A stretch of 64,000 nucleotides of DNA from Squalus acanthias (GCA_030390025.1 CM059432.1:153700001-153764000); one strand, 5' to 3'; shown: positions 23,731 to 37,933, counted from the stretch's first letter. Made by a program: numbers and translations. Notes: a model not told the origin generated them from the sequence alone.

Positions 23731-23779
23731 CTAAATATTGTTGGAAAAGCCTTTTGGCCGCCTCAGTTCCAAGAAAGTT

Positions 23780-23870
23780 CAAAAGTACTTAATTGGCTGT
23801 AAAGCGCTTTGGGACATCCTGAGGTTGTGAAAGGTGCTATATCAATGAAATTCTTTCTTTTCTTTCTTTT
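23780..23870 (+). mobile_element. SacSINE1-like 3' fragment
   Basis: SINE tail ttggctgtaaagcgctttgggacatcctgagg. Confidence 0.75.
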
Positions 23871-25664
23871 ACAGGCTAAATTGCAGCATGTGGTTTCACT
23901 CATTGATGAAGTAACTAGAGGTAGGAGTACCTTGGTCTACATTTTGCACAGTGCGTGCCATATGCCTCTCGTGGTGCCTGACCAGCCTGTCCTCTGTTCC
24001 TACTCTTCTTCTTCCTTCATAAAACACACAGAGAGGGAGGTATTCCTAAATGGCACCTTTAAAATGGGAGAGGGGCAAAATGGAATCCTCAAAGGAGAAA
24101 GCACAGAGAAGATGTAGTCATTGGAATAAAAAACACAAAACAAATTTTGAGAAATGGTCAAAAAGGAAATATTTGAGACATTTGAAAGTACCTGCAGTGG
24201 GCCCTTTAAATTTACTTGCGTCTTTTCTAGCACCTAGCAACACTGGATATCTGTTTTATACAGGCCTTAGTTACAACCAGCATTAACAATGGAAAATGGG
24301 ACGTAGAGTGTCATCACACTATTGTTGCTTCATTTAAATACACCTTCCCAATATTTGGGCTGGTGCTTCCAGTGTCTAGCAGAAGTAGCGTCAGAAAACA
24401 CGATACACACAAAAACGGGCTGGGATCAGCACCCGATGGGATACTGCTCAATTTTCAGGCGGTATTTGGAGGAAGATCAATGCTAAATTGTAGTAGATAA
24501 ATAAAGAAAACAATTTCACAACAGCAGGCAGTTCAAGTTGCTTTCCATTTAGCAACCAGCCCTTGTTTTGACCCAGACATTGCAATGTTAAATGACTAAT
24601 TATTTCTACTACCACATGCAGGCAAATGTTCCAAACAAAAATATTTCTTGATGAGATCAAACCAGGATACAAGCTCCTTAAATAGCTAAAAGTTGCCTGA
24701 AACACTGCAGATCGGATTAACTGGATTGTTGCCCAATATATGATTTAAGGAATAAACTTCTGGAGGATTTGCTGGGTCCAAGACACATTTTGAAATTTGA
24801 TGGAAGACATATAGAGGGAGAAAATGGTCTCCATCACATCTGTTTTTTGGGTGAAAAATTAGCATGGGGGGGGACCAATTTCGGTCCACGATCACTCCGC
24901 TCGATCTCCACAAAGTCAAGATCTACCCCATTGCGTCAAGAAGCAAAGGCTTGAAATATCCGCTGATGCCTCAGGATTTCGATTTATTTCCGTCTTTCCC
25001 ATTATTGGTAATTATTGAAGCACAGAGGGCACATTAGCATGCGCCATGATGTGATGTAATATGAACCCCCAGCTCAGTTCCTCTAAGTCTATGTTGAGCT
25101 CGGGGCTTCTCTGCCTCCTCTGATAGCTTTTAGGAGGTGGGAGCAACTTTTCTTTCCAGCGTTCGGTCAATATTTATTATATTACCTATAAACCACTCTC
25201 CGTTCAGACAAAGTAGGCCTTTGTAGATCCTCAGTTACTTGGCTCTCCACCCATATTGCATTGTGTTGGAAAATGCCAATATTTTCCAACAGTATTGGTA
25301 ATGTGGGTAAGCCTCCCCCAGGTTTACGGTGCTCATGAAATGAAACGCACATGTGCCAATCCTGGATGATTTTCTCCCCTCCCTAGCCCAGGGGCACTGA
25401 GGTTGTTTGTAGCACACCCCAACTGCTGACTCAGCTGAGATCATGGATTTTTTATTGCACTAGTCAGTGGCGTTATTCACAAGGCCTTTGATGGGGTGAT
25501 GGGGGGGGAGGGTGTATCTGCTTTCATTAACGCACAAAACAATGACTGCCATTCCAGTCATTCTTTTAGTACAAAGAGAAGCCTAACCTCAATTTAATTC
25601 AAAATATCAGATTACTTTTTGTTGTAATTAACATTTTTAAATACGTCAATCAACACTATAAAAA

Positions 25665-25850
25665 AATATCTGGTCATTTATCAATTGACCATTTATAGGA
25701 CCCTGTTGTGCACAAATTGGCTTCCACGTTTCCCTACATTACAACAGTGACTACACTACAAAAAGTACTTAATTGACTGTGAAGCACTTTGGGACGTCCC
25801 AAGGTCGTGAAAAACACTATATAAATGCAAGTTCTTTCTCGTTTTCTTTC
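25665..25850 (+). mobile_element. SacSINE1-like 3' fragment
   Basis: Matches the 3' third of 60724-61183. Confidence 0.75.
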
Positions 25851-26630
25851 GATATGTCGTTTTTTGTTTTGTAAATGGCAACATCTGTTGCAATGTGGCG
25901 CAGCAGAGAAGATTGTCTCCAAGGATCTTACAACAGCACCATATAATACTAGCATTTAAATGTAAAAAATACCTGGTGATATTTTCTGACAGCTGTTGTT
26001 CCTGTATGAACACTTAACTTGCTCATGCTAACTTCCTCAATGCACTTCTATTTAAAATGGATTAATACCTGCATTAGAAAAGTACAGGTGGGAATATAGT
26101 ACGAGTGTGATGTGAAGTCCCATGTCAACACCAAGTAACTTACTCCAGTCAAAACTCCAAACATGGCTATGTACATATAACAGAGTACATTTAATAATAA
26201 CCCATAACAATGATACAGGTTAACAATTGCAACAGAATTTCACCTTTCTCTCTTCACAGAATCTTTGGGTTTTGCCTTATGTACCAAATTTCCCCCTCTC
26301 CTTCCCCAAGAGTGGGAGGAGCCACAACTCCAGCTTCTGACAGCATAGTCCCTCAAGTCCATGTTAGTTTCCAATGCACAGGACTCTGCAATCACCAAGG
26401 CTAGCGGTCAAGACCCGATAAAAAAAGCACAGAATGACCTGGAGCAACATGGCCTTCAGCTTTCCTTTCCTCCTTGTTGAGAACGCCTAGCCTACATTTT
26501 ACATCTTTTCCAGAAAGATGAAGCTAAGACAATGAGTTCTGTTGTACAGGAGTTGTACCATTCAATGACACAACAATTTGGATGATGCTGGCCCTGGAGA
26601 AAACACTGTGTGGGTGAAATGTCTTCTCCG

Positions 26631-26758
26631 GTAATGTAAAATGAACGATAGCGAATCAGCAGCCTGTTTGCACCTCACCCGATTTTCACTTCCACTGACT
26701 TAAAATCGGGCGGGGTATAAAACGGGCTGTTGATTCACTGGTGGCTGTTTTGCACTAC
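26631..26758. repeat. Short palindromic MITE-like foldback
   Basis: Imperfect arms of about 55 bp (gaatcagcagcctgttt..cccgatttt / aaaatcggg..aaacgggctgttgattc). Confidence 0.6.
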
Positions 26759-26759
26759 A

Positions 26760-27242
26760 GCAACTTGTATTTATATAGCGCCTTTAACGTAGTAAAACAT
26801 CACAAGGCGCTTCACAGGAGTATTAAAAGACAAAAAATTTGACATCGAGCCACATAAAGAGAAACTAGGGCAGATGACCAAAATCTTGGTCAAAGAGGTA
26901 GGTTTTAAGGAGCGTCTTAAAGGAGGAAAGAGAGGTAGCGAGGCAGAGAGGTTTAGGCGGGGAATTCCAGAGCTTAAGGCCTAAGCAACAGAAGGCACGG
27001 CCACCAATGGTTGAGCGATTATAATCAGGGATGCTCAAGAGGGCAGAATTAGAGGAGTGCAGATATCTCGGGGGGTTGTGGGGCTGAAGGAGATTACAGA
27101 GATAGGGAGGGGCGAGGGATTTGAAAACAAGGATGAGAATTTTGAAATCGAGGCGTTGCTTAACTGGGAGCCAATGTAGGTCAGCGAGCACAGGGGTAAT
27201 GGGTGAACGGGACTTGGTGCGAGTTAGGACACGGGCAGCCGA
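26760..27242 (-). mobile_element. L2 LINE 3' fragment
   Basis: LADLHWLPVKQRLDFKIL, LWNS.P motifs and L2 tail. Confidence 0.92.
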
Positions 27243-28074
27243 GTAGTTCAGTATTGTTCTCCGTTGTCATCCCAAAACATAAACCCTTACTGCTCCAACT
27301 TGATGATTACAATTATGCAACACTCTACAGTATTTTAACACTGACCCTCTTTCCAGTTACACACATATCTTTATATGTATTATAAAAACTATACATCTAG
27401 CACACACTTCCTCTTCGTCACACTTTAATTTCTGTGTCACACTTTGAAGAAAAGTACAAATAAGCAAAGGAAATCTCCAGAAACACAAAATAATGGAGCC
27501 AGAATACCTGTAGCCTCTTTGTTGACCTCTAGATGAACTAACTGAATGTTTATTTAACACAGCTAGACTTTGTAGCCTAAAAGGAATGCACACCTACACT
27601 TTGGGAACAACACATTGGGCCCAAATTCCTGAGTTGGGGTGGGGGTGGAATCCAGGAGTTGTGCCCGCATGGAACAGGAATTTAAGGGCCTCTAGGTCAA
27701 CGTTCCCGTTAAGCTGCATCGCCGCGCCACGGTCTGGAGGTGTCGTGTAGGCCGCTCAGTGGCTTTTAAATGGAAGAAAAAAAATTAGCAAGAACATTGC
27801 TCTGGGTCATCCTACTGGAGAGGAAGGGTACCACTCTGGATTTCCGACATTTCCTCAGGGCAGGCACCTCTGTAACACAATCCCTGAGAGCAAGAATGGG
27901 GTCAGCGTGCTTTCCAAGCAGCAGATGGAAGTACCCCACTGCTGCAGTTCCACAGGCAGAGCAGGATCCCAGTCATTTCATGGCCGCTGTGTTTTCCGTG
28001 GTGCTTTAACATGAGCAGAACCACGGAAGGCTTGCAGATATCACACACAATACATAAAATGTCTACAAACATAG

Positions 28075-28258
28075 ACACTCTCTCCTCCTTTAAGATACTC
28101 CTTAAAGCTTACCTCTTTGACCAAGCATTTGGTCATCTGACCTAATGTCTCCTTCTTTGGCTGAGTTCCAATTCTTTTGTCTGATTACGCACCTGTGAAG
28201 CGTCTTGGAGAGTGTTACTACTTTAAAGGCGCTATATTAATGCAAGTTGTTGTTGTTA
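28075..28258 (+). mobile_element. L2 3' end
   Basis: Tail ttaaaggcgctatattaatgcaagttgttgttgtt. Confidence 0.8.
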
Positions 28259-29070
28259 TACTAAAATATCTTAATTATTTTACATAGGTGATACAATCAG
28301 AAAGTAATATACAAATAGGGAATAAATATGTTGCATTAATTGATTGCCAATTGTGAATTTTTGAACTTTTAGAACATTTCTACATTTATCAATACGCCAG
28401 CATCTGCTAGGTTGTTCCTATTCCCTATAAACAGCTTGCGCAGTTATCCAACCCCTAACATAATCAGCTGACCCTTGTGTTTATTTTTCCGTTGAAATGG
28501 ATGAGACTGTTTACTGACTTAATGTCTAAGCTATGATCATCTTACTGGAGCTACAATAAAATATCAGTTTGCCAGACTATACCGATTTCTCATCTGAAAG
28601 TCCTTTGCAATACACATTAGATGTTTTGCAACAGAACACAATATCCCCTTAGAGACAAAGGAAAAATAACTCAACAGTTAGCTTTACACTGAAATAAATA
28701 AATCCATGCTTTATATCAAACTTAGATTTTGTGTAGCAAATTTTCAGATCCCTCTAGTCTTGAAAGGAAGACAAAACTTGCAACGAGCTTCACAATAAAC
28801 TGTTGTGTAGGAAATCTATGCTTCTGGTTGCGTTTATGTGCCGTCCTGACACCGGCAAGAAAAGATTTATTGTAATACCTGTTAACAGGCAGTTAATTGT
28901 CACTAATCCCCTTCCCGCCTCGGGGTGGCGGGTCCCAGCACAGGTCGGGTACCCGCCTCCAGCGAAACTGGCATGGAGGCGGGATGGGGTCGGGACCCCC
29001 GAATCTGCAACTTTAACCCCCCACACGCCTCCAAACCCGCCTCCACAGGTCAATGAAAATCCAGCCCTTA

Positions 29071-29243
29071 GAGTATATTCAAGTCTGAGATAGATAGATT
29101 TTTGGACTCTAGGGGAATCAAGGGATATGGAGATCAGGCGGAAAGTGGAGTTGAGGTCGATGATCAGCCATGATCTTATTGAATGGCAGAGCAGGCTCGA
29201 GGGGCCGTATGGCCTACTCCTGCTCTTACTTCTTACTTCTTAT
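29071..29243 (+). mobile_element. CR1 3' end, displaced by inversion from the CR1 at 30905-33968
   Basis: Its reverse complement (..cttgaatatactc) joins directly to gactcagcattcacag at 30905. Confidence 0.85.
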
Positions 29244-29694
29244 AAACTCAGTTGGGTGGGTACAGTCCATGCTAGGGAAAGTAGTACATAGTCTTCATGA
29301 ACTGAATGGCTTTTTAAAAATGTGGTGCCTTCTTTTGTTCTTAAGATACTTACGGTTATCCAGTAAGTGTTGCTCAGGGCCAACCATTACCCTGAAAGGT
29401 GCCTCCTTTCAAGTAGTCATTTGGAAGCAGTGTCTTTAGCACTGTCTCACTGTGTGCAAAATGGCCACTGCATTCGCCTACATCAGAACAGTCACTGCAC
29501 TTGAAAGTAACTCATTGGGAGTTTCCGTGGGGGTTCTTCCAATTTGTCTGCCGTAACTTTTGAGGAACAGCCCCTGAAACCCAGGAAAAATGGCGTAAAT
29601 AGTGTATACGCCATTTTTCCGAGGTTTCCGCAGCTCTTGTGCCCAAGTTATGAGTGGGAGAGTAGGAGAGCTTCTCTGGAGGTAAATCCCCCCA

Positions 29695-30040
29695 TTGTCT
29701 ATGAAGTAAAGAAGGATGCCTCCAAGAGGGAGCTGGACTGGTTCTTGACTGGGGTAGGGATCACATCATATAGAAGGTAAGTGGATTAACAGTTAACGTA
29801 TGCACAGTCAATGTGATCTCCTGAACTGGTTTCGATCGCCTGAGGGGGTCAGAGAGTATTTTTTTCCCTTACTGGCCCTGGGGTTTTTCTATCCTTTTGC
29901 CTCTCCTAGGAGATTACATGGCTGCGATGGTGGGGGTTAGGAAGTGTCAAGTCATGATGCTCCAGCCATCATGAGTGTGGGGCAGACTTGATGGACCAGT
30001 TGGTCTTTTCCTGCCCATCATTTTCGTATGTTCATATGTT
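29695..30040 (+). mobile_element. CR1-type 3' end with long UTR
   Basis: KRELDWFL-like ORF end, ttgatggaccagttggtctttt stem-loop and tatgttcatatgtt tail. Confidence 0.6.
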
Positions 30041-31461
30041 TGTGATAAGATGCTATATAAATCCAAGTCTTTTTATCCCTTGTGAAATTGAGTACCAATA
30101 TTGACGGGGGGGGGGGGGGACAATTTGCAAAGATCTTTTAAAGTCTAGTAATGGATGCAAAATCTTTTTCCAATCTTAACAGAAAATAATGATTTATTAC
30201 AGTCATTCTAAAAGCATCATTTTCGAGAATTCAGGAAAACCACAAGGAACATGCTTTGAAATTAACAGGCAGTTTTTTGCCTAATCCCTATTTTAATGGC
30301 TGAAATGTGGGCTTCCCGACAGGTCCCAACCACGCCGTTTCAGCGAGGTGGACCGTGGGTCTGCAGGGGTTGGAGGGGTCGATATGTCCGGTGGGCAGGT
30401 GAGTGATGGGTGCATGTGTGCAGAGGTAAGTGTGTAAGGTAAGTGTAAAGTGTGGGAAAAAGTTTTACTTACCTTAACTTCCTCCTGCAGGTGTCAGCCC
30501 TTCAGGTCTCGGGAGTCAGAAATCTCACCGGCACAGAAAACAGAATGGCCGTTGACCTGTCAAAAGTTGCAGCCTCTGTTTTCTGTGCTGGATTGATTTC
30601 TAACTCAGCCTGAGAGGAAGGACTCAAGTTAGAAGACAGATTGTCAGTGTTTGACAGCTTCACAGAGCTGTCAAACGCTGATATTTCATCTGTCAAAAGC
30701 TCTTGGCAGATGAAATGTCAATCTGTGACATCACCTGTTGCCGGGTGGCCCTTAATTGGCCTGCTGAGCTCGCTGGGCGGGCTCAACAAGGTCAATCAAG
30801 TGAAAATACAGTGGGTTGGCCACAAGTCGATGGAGGCGGGACTACAACCCAAAAAATGGGAGTCCCACCTCCATCACGTCCCCAGTATCAAAATCAAGCC
30901 CTAAGACTCAGCATTCACAGCCCTCTGGGGCAGAGAATTCCAAAGATTCACAACCCTCTGAGTGAAGAAAATCTTCCTCATCTCAGTCTTAAATGGCCTA
31001 CCCCTTATCCTGAGACTATGCCCCTTAGTTCTAGACACTCCAGCCAGGGGAAACAACCTCTCAGCATCTACCCTGTCAATCCCCTTCAGAATCTTGTATG
31101 TTTCAATGAGATCATCTCTCATTCTTCTAAACTCCAGAAAGTACAGGCCCATTCTACACGATCTCTCATCATAGGACAGCCCTCTCATCCCAGGAATCAA
31201 TCGAGTGAACCTTTGTTGCAAAGCCTCCAAGGCAAGTATATCCTTCCTTAGATAAGGAGACCAAAACTGTGCACAGTACTCCAGGTGTGACAATTGTAGC
31301 AAGACTTCCTTACTCTTATACTCCAACCCCCTTGCAATAAAGGCCAACATGCCATTTGCCTTCCTTATTGCTTGCTGTACCTGCATGCTAGCTTTCTATG
31401 TTTCTTGTACGAGGACACCCAAATCTCTCTGAACACCAACATTTGAAAGTTTCTCACCTTT

Positions 31462-32176
31462 GGGGCGGTAACTTCGCCGAGACACTACTTTTAGTGCCCC
31501 GAAAATATTAGCACCCCCGCGGCCGAAATTCATCGATAGCGCCCCAAGAGGGAAGCAGAGTGCTACTGGAAGTGCCCCGTCTCCCTCTTGGAGCGCTGCG
31601 AGTGAATATCGCGGTGCTATACATCGCGCCGCAGTACTGCAGGCCTTCCTCCCCTTCTTAAAGGGGAGGGGCCTTGCGCAGCGCGACCTGGGGCCCAGCT
31701 GGGCCAGCAGGGATCGGAGTGCCGGAAAAAGAGCCCGGCACTCAAGAGAAGTGCCGGGCTCACGGAGCGCAGCCGGCACTCCGCGGGGGGGCTTCAGAGG
31801 AGGCTGGTGACAGCAGAGGGGGCAGGTGCTGGCAGGCGGCCAGCAACAAAAATGGCCACCCGGCACCTTCCCTTTAATTAGCGCCGCCCCGGCCGCAGGT
31901 AGGCTCCCCTGACCCCATCGGACATAACATCCAGCGGTAAGTCAGGGGGTGCTACCGAAGATCGCGGCCGGGGCACGAGCGGGGCACTGCGTACGGCAAT
32001 GACGTCATCACCGGCGGCGCAGCGCCGCGGGACACTAACAGTTATCACCGCTGCTAACCTCCCACTGAATTTCGCGGGAGGCGTTGGCAGTGCTGACCCC
32101 GGGCGCTAGTTGCTTTGCACCCCGTTAGTGCCCTAGGGCGCTAACGGGAGGCGCAAAGCAACCAAATTTTTAGACC
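31462..32176. mobile_element. GC/CpG-rich Harbinger-like non-autonomous insertion
   Basis: Interrupts CR1; right end aaatttttagacc resembles the GGGCTAGAAATT TIR type; left TIR not evident. Confidence 0.6.
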
Positions 32177-32284
32177 ATTCTGTTTTTCTATTCTTCCTAC
32201 CAAAGTGAATAACCTCACATTTCCCTACATTATACTCCATCTGCCACCTTACTTAGCCGATCAATATCCCTTTGCAGACTCTTT

Positions 32285-33151
32285 GGGCTCGATTTTACCA
32301 ACCCTAATGAGGCAATTCTGGAGGCGGGTCTGCTGGGAAAATCCTCAAAAATGGGAGCGGGTCCCAAACCCGCTCCCAACCCGCCTCCAACCAATCTTCC
32401 CGGGAGTCGAGTCCCCGATTTGCGCAGGGACCCGACTCCTAGCGGCGGGAAGAGGATTATAGCCACTTAACTGCCTGTTAACAGGTAGTTAACAGGTAGT
32501 TAAGAGGCTTTTTCCAATTTTTCGACTGTTGCTGCGGGCTTCCTGACGTCGGGGAACCCCACCAGGGTAAGTGAGGCGTGCTGTGGGTCTGTTGTTATGT
32601 TGGTGTTTGGATGACAGCTGCTGAAGTGGCGTGAAAGATGCAATGGGACACTGGTTAGTATCAGAGGTAAGGAAATGTTATGAAAGTAATTTTTATTGTG
32701 TTTAGATGTTTCTGCAGGTGACAAGCTGTGAAGTGTTTGTGTAGCTTCATCTCATCGGGAGAAGTGACAGATGGCTTCTGCAATCTCAGCTGCAGCTGCC
32801 ATCTGTTTTATCCTAAGGAGAGAGTAATTGGAGAGCGTGTGTGCAAGGGCTCACCTTTGGACAGTGATTGTCAGTGTTTGACAGCACCTCAATGCTGTCA
32901 AACACTGACAATTCATCTGTCAAACAAGTGTGATGCATATGCCTTTAAGAAAACCAGCAGATGAAGCGTCATCAACTGACGTCATCTGACACCGGCTTTC
33001 CCTTAATTGGCCAGCAAGCCCGCAGTGCGGGCTTAACAAGGCCAATCAGAGCAAAATAGCGCCTGTTCGTCAGACGTCGTTGGGGGCGGGACTGGAACCC
33101 AAAAACCTGAAGTCCCGCCTCGAACTCAGCCTGGAAGGTAAGATTCCGCCC
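32285..33151. mobile_element. MITE family A copy
   Basis: Ends gggctcgattttacc / ggtaagattccgccc, TSD TTT; removal restores CR1 gcagactctttgtgttctcc. Confidence 0.88.
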
Positions 33152-34199
33152 TTTGTGTTCTCCTCACAGCTTACTGTCCCACCTAGATTTGAATCATCAG
33201 CAAACCTGGATACATTACACTCGGTCCCTTCATCTAGGTCATTAATATAGATTGTAAATAGCTGAGGCCCCAACACTGATCCTTGCAGCACCCCACTAGT
33301 TACAGTCTGCCAACCTGAAAAAGATCCGTTTATCCCGACTCTCTGTTTTCTGTCCGTTAACCAATCCTCTATCCATGCTACTATATTATCCCCAACCCCA
33401 TGAACCCTAATCTTGTGTAATAACCTTTTATGTGGCACCTTATCGAATGCCTTTTGGAAATCCAAATATACTACATCCACTGGTTCCCCTTTATCTACCT
33501 TGCTAGTTACATCCTCAAAAAACTCTAATAAATTTGTCAAACACTATTTCCCTTTCATAAAACCATGCTGACTCTGCCTAATCATGTTATGATTTTCTAA
33601 GTGACTTGATACCACTTCCTTAACAATGGATTCCAGCATTTTCCCAACGACTGATGTCAGGCTAACTGGCCTGTAGTTCCCTGTTTTTTTTTCTCCCTCC
33701 TTTTTTGAATAGCGGTGTTACATTTGCGACCTTCCAATCCGCTGGGACCATTCCAGAATCTAAGGAATTTAGGAAGATCAAAATCAATGCACCCACTATC
33801 TCTGCAGCCACCTCTTTTAGAAAGCTAGGATGTAGGCCGTCAAGTCCAGGGGATTTGTCGGCTTTTAGTCCCATTAGTTCCCCTAGTACTTTTTCTCTAC
33901 CTATATTAATTACGTTAAGTTCCTCACCCTCATTAGACCCTTGGTTCCCCACCATTTTTGGTATGTTCTAAATTTACTCCGATTCCTAAAGATCCAGAAA
34001 TCGCAAGAATCAGTTGCTACTGAACCTTATAGTTCCAAAACCTCTTGAACAGAACCAAGACTGAAACAGATCCTGATGTGTGTTAAACATATGGCATTGC
34101 TCACTGACAGAACCCAGAGCTGAACGTAACTGTGCTAAGTAAGACCGTAATGATAGAGGAAGTTTAAATAGAAAGCATACCCTTTACATTCTAGGGTGA

Positions 34200-34480
34200 C
34201 ACTTCAACGCAGATGGATGGAAATTATCCCATGGCACCATTCAAAGAAGAGCTGGGGAGTTCTCCCTGACCAAACTTTATTCCTCAACCAACACCTAAAA
34301 CAGATGATCTGGACATTTATTTCATTGCTGTACATGGGAGCTTGCTGTGCGCAAATTGGCTGCCGTGTTTCCTACACTACAACAGTGACTACACTTCAAA
34401 ACTACTTCATTGGCTGTAAAGCTCTTTGGGGCGTCCTGAGGTCATGAAAGGCGCGATATAAATGCAAGCTCTTGCTTTCT
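34200..34480 (+). mobile_element. SacSINE1-like 3' half
   Basis: Collinear with the 3' half of 60724-61183. Confidence 0.8.
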
Positions 34481-35384
34481 AGTTAAGGGGATGTCTCACA
34501 GGTCACCAAAAGTGTTTGGAGCAACTTAATTTGTTCCCAGGAAGGTGCTAAACCATTCGATTTAAGTACAAGCATGCTGTGTGGGTTTTTTTAAGTATAT
34601 GTTTGATTGGCAGCTCTACTTGAGTTTAAGGGATAGATTTTTAATTTGCTTTGTCAATCTTCAAAGGATTTTTGAAAGTATATCTTCAGATGATTTGCTT
34701 CAAGTCAGCAGTTCTGAAGCCAGCAGAAACAGCTAGGCAAGAGGCTCCACAAGAGGTTAATAGAGAACAAACCACCATGGAAGATTACCATCAGGGACCT
34801 TGTTTCACAATCAATTCGGCACTGGATGTTATTGTAAAGAGATGCAACAATCTGTTATATTTCTACATTCCAAGAAGGAGTAGTAAAGTCTGCGATTACT
34901 GTAAATCTACTGTTGCCGTTCACTTATCTACTTACTGTTTAATGGATTTGTTTGATAGTTTAGTTTATAGCTTGAGACATAGTCTGATACAATGTTTATT
35001 CTGAAATCAGAAAGATCACGTGAGAGCATGTGATTCCCGGGCGGAATATTCATTTTGGCGCGGACACGATGGGCCGAAATGGCCTCCTTCTGTGCTGTAA
35101 CTTTCTATGATTCTATGATATAGACAGTAAGCCAAAATGCAGTTAGAAGGGTCAATCCCTGAGCTCACTATAGTTACCTAGATACAGGTAAAGGTACACA
35201 CCGGGTCATAGGGAACAAGGGCTTGCTTACAGGAATAGTCTGAGAAGCTGAACCTCGAGTAAAATATCTGATATTAAAATCTAATAGCACTACAGTCTCT
35301 CACTCAATATCTGATGTAAGAAGCCAAAAGCGCTACAGCCTCTCACTCTCTATCTCCTGCACTGTGGTCCACAGGTAATTTTAA

Positions 35385-35630
35385 ATTCATTCTCGGGATG
35401 TGGGCATCGCTGGCAAGGCCGGCATTTATTGTCCATCCCTAGTTGCCCTAAGAAGAAGGTGGTGGGCCTTCTTCTTGCAGTCTGTAATTCTTTGTAGCAG
35501 TTTGATACAACTGAGTGACTTGCTAAGCCATTTCAGATAGCAGATAGAGTCAACCATAGTGATGTAGGACCGGAGTCACATATATGCCAGACCAGGTAAG
35601 GACAACTGGTTTTCTTCCCTAAAGGACATT
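35385..35630 (-). mobile_element. 3' half of second tRNA-SINE family
   Basis: Reverse complement of about 52380-52600. Confidence 0.75.
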
Positions 35631-37061
35631 GTATTTGAGTCCAGCTCCTGTTCATCTCTCCCTACCCCACCTTGTCTCCCTCCCCTAAGCTTGAGCCCCA
35701 CTCAGGCTTCCTTCTTTTCCCTGCCCCTCCTGTCCTAAGTTTCAGTCTCCGTCCTGCTGCCCTTGCCCTCGCCCTCCCAGGGAATAACTTATGTGTCTGG
35801 TGGTGTAAAAGAACCTAGGTGACAAAACTGGCAAGCTGGGTGTTGACAGAGGGCCAGCAAAGACTAGCCTCACTGGGGACGCCAAAATTCCTCTCCTCAG
35901 CTCTGTGTACGTATACATAGAAACCGCAGAAGGAGCACTTCCCAGTCGCTGCCCTAAGGAGCTGCCAGGTTTAGTTCCTGTAGCTTTCAGTGCATCAGGA
36001 TCAGCAACAGATGTCCATCAATCTAAACAAAAAGCTATGAAAGTCGGACAGAATCGTTTGCTGTTTTGACGCGGTAAAGCTGCCAAATAAGGGGTGATTC
36101 CACAATCCCACACTCCAAACAACAAGCCTCACTTGTAAGGCGCGCGAGTTGGATAATCAGCGCTGCAACACTGTCGGCCTACGTCAGACCAACCCTCCCT
36201 GCGAGTGTGGCGCCCAGATGGAACCACTCTACAGTTCCATCATTACCAGTTATAAGAAAGAAGATAAACAAGTCAAGTAGTTTGGAAAGAACTTCTGTCA
36301 TCAGATTGACTTGCAAAGTAATGTTCAACTGGTGTGGCAAATGCGGAATGTGTGGATTGTTCAAAGCAAAAACTCAACTGTCAGACGATGGCGGGGTAAA
36401 AAGTTAAATAAAAATAATATGCACAATGAGTTTAGGTTTTTGAAACCAGCACCAAATGCAGCAGGCTGCAGCACAGTACTGCTGAACAGTACTAATAAAG
36501 GCCAATTTTCCTGGGCACCTCTCCAGTCCTGGATCATTCCTATTTCCTGTCCTGGGTCATTTAAATGTCCTGGGGAGAAGAGCCAAGCACAGCTGGTTAG
36601 GGACAGGAAATTCAAAAGCAGCTGCAGGTGATTGCATGCTCCCGACTCGGAGACTCGCCCACTGGGGGGAGGGTATCGAAAAATCGCATGTACGCGCAGC
36701 CCTCAATTTTTTCACCTGTTAAAATTAATGGACTGAAAATCGTGGGCTGCCCTCACGCAATGCCACGATAGGCACTACCAGAAGTCAAGGATCCACACAG
36801 GAAAACTTCAATCGGAAAATTTACCCTTGGAATTCTGGACAGTGATGAAGTAAGGAGCCAGGGAGGAAAATGAAGTCTAAGCATATTGACCCTAATTCCC
36901 ATAGTCTAAACACGAAGGCCCTTCCCTCCCCTTCATACCCAACTTCAATTCCACTTTCAGCTATGCCCTGAATCTCTAGCTATGTCCAATAGCAGGTCAC
37001 TATTTTCCCCATGTTAAAGCTAACCATGCAAGAAAGTGAAGTATGCACGCACAGAAATAAG

Positions 37062-37933
37062 GACTCCGATATTTACGGGGAGATGGGGAAGGTGCCGCAT
37101 TTAACGGCAGGGCCTCATTAGAATGTTTTCCTTCTGTTGTCCGTCTGGCAGCCGTCCAAATTGACGGGCTGGCTGGCTGCTGGGCGGGAAAACCAGCGGC
37201 ATGATGCCGCAACCGGAGGCCCTTGGAGATGGTCCCCAGCAATTGGGAGGCAGGAGGGAGCTAGAAATCGTGCTTGGTGGGGGCGGACGCCATCGCAGGA
37301 GGGAGGGAGCGAGAGAGATCGGGGCTTAGTGGGGGAGGGGGGGGGCAAGAAAGCAGCAATTGGGAGGAATGGAGCTACAGATCGGGGCTGGAGGGAGCCA
37401 GAGATCAGTGTTTGTTGGGGGATGGTTGCTGAACACGGGAGGGAGGGAGATAGGGATCGAGGCTTGGGGGAATGGGAGGCTACCGATCGCATCGGGGGGG
37501 GGAGAGAGGCCGCAATCAGCAGAGGGGAGGCCGAAGCCTTCCTTGAGGGGCCCAGTGGAGCACTCCTGGCCCACAAGGAGTGCTGTAAGAGGCACTTACC
37601 TTCTGGAGCCATCAGCTCCCGCCTCCCATTTGCTGCCGGGTTTCCCAAGCCCTGGGATACCCGGCCGGCAACTGTTAAATTTAATTCAGGCTCCCAGCTG
37701 CACTGTGGGAGCCTGATTTAAATATGTTAAATAAATGTCCCGTCTCTCGATGGCAAGACACTCGCACAGCAAGCTATCCGCCGCCATAAAAATGGCAACG
37801 GGTGCTTACATGATGGGATGGGGACGCGTTCCCGGTTTTTACATTTTTAACCAATCCTCCGCCCCGACCCTCTCCCACCTGTTGGAGGGGGGGGAGGGGG
37901 GGGTGGGGGAGGCGGGGAGTGAATATCGAGGAC
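37062..37933. mobile_element. Harbinger-like MITE (different family)
   Basis: Imperfect TIRs gactccgatatttac / gtgaatatcgaggac; G-rich interior. Confidence 0.55.

Larger units (their letters stand above)
28878..30901. mobile_element. MITE family A copy split into opposite-orientation halves (28878-29067 and 30262-30901)
   Basis: TIRs aaaatccagccc (ends 29067) and aaaatcaagccc (ends 30901); TSD TTA/TAA at 29068-29070 and 30902-30904. Confidence 0.85.
30905..33968 (-). mobile_element. CR1 LINE interrupted by two MITEs
   Basis: Minus-strand RT ORF pieces 30901-31386, 33070-33540, 33662-33955. Confidence 0.92.

Noticed and set aside
37118..37721. GC-rich 176-194 aa ORFs
   Set aside because: Inside a TIR-bounded G-rich element; no recognisable domain.
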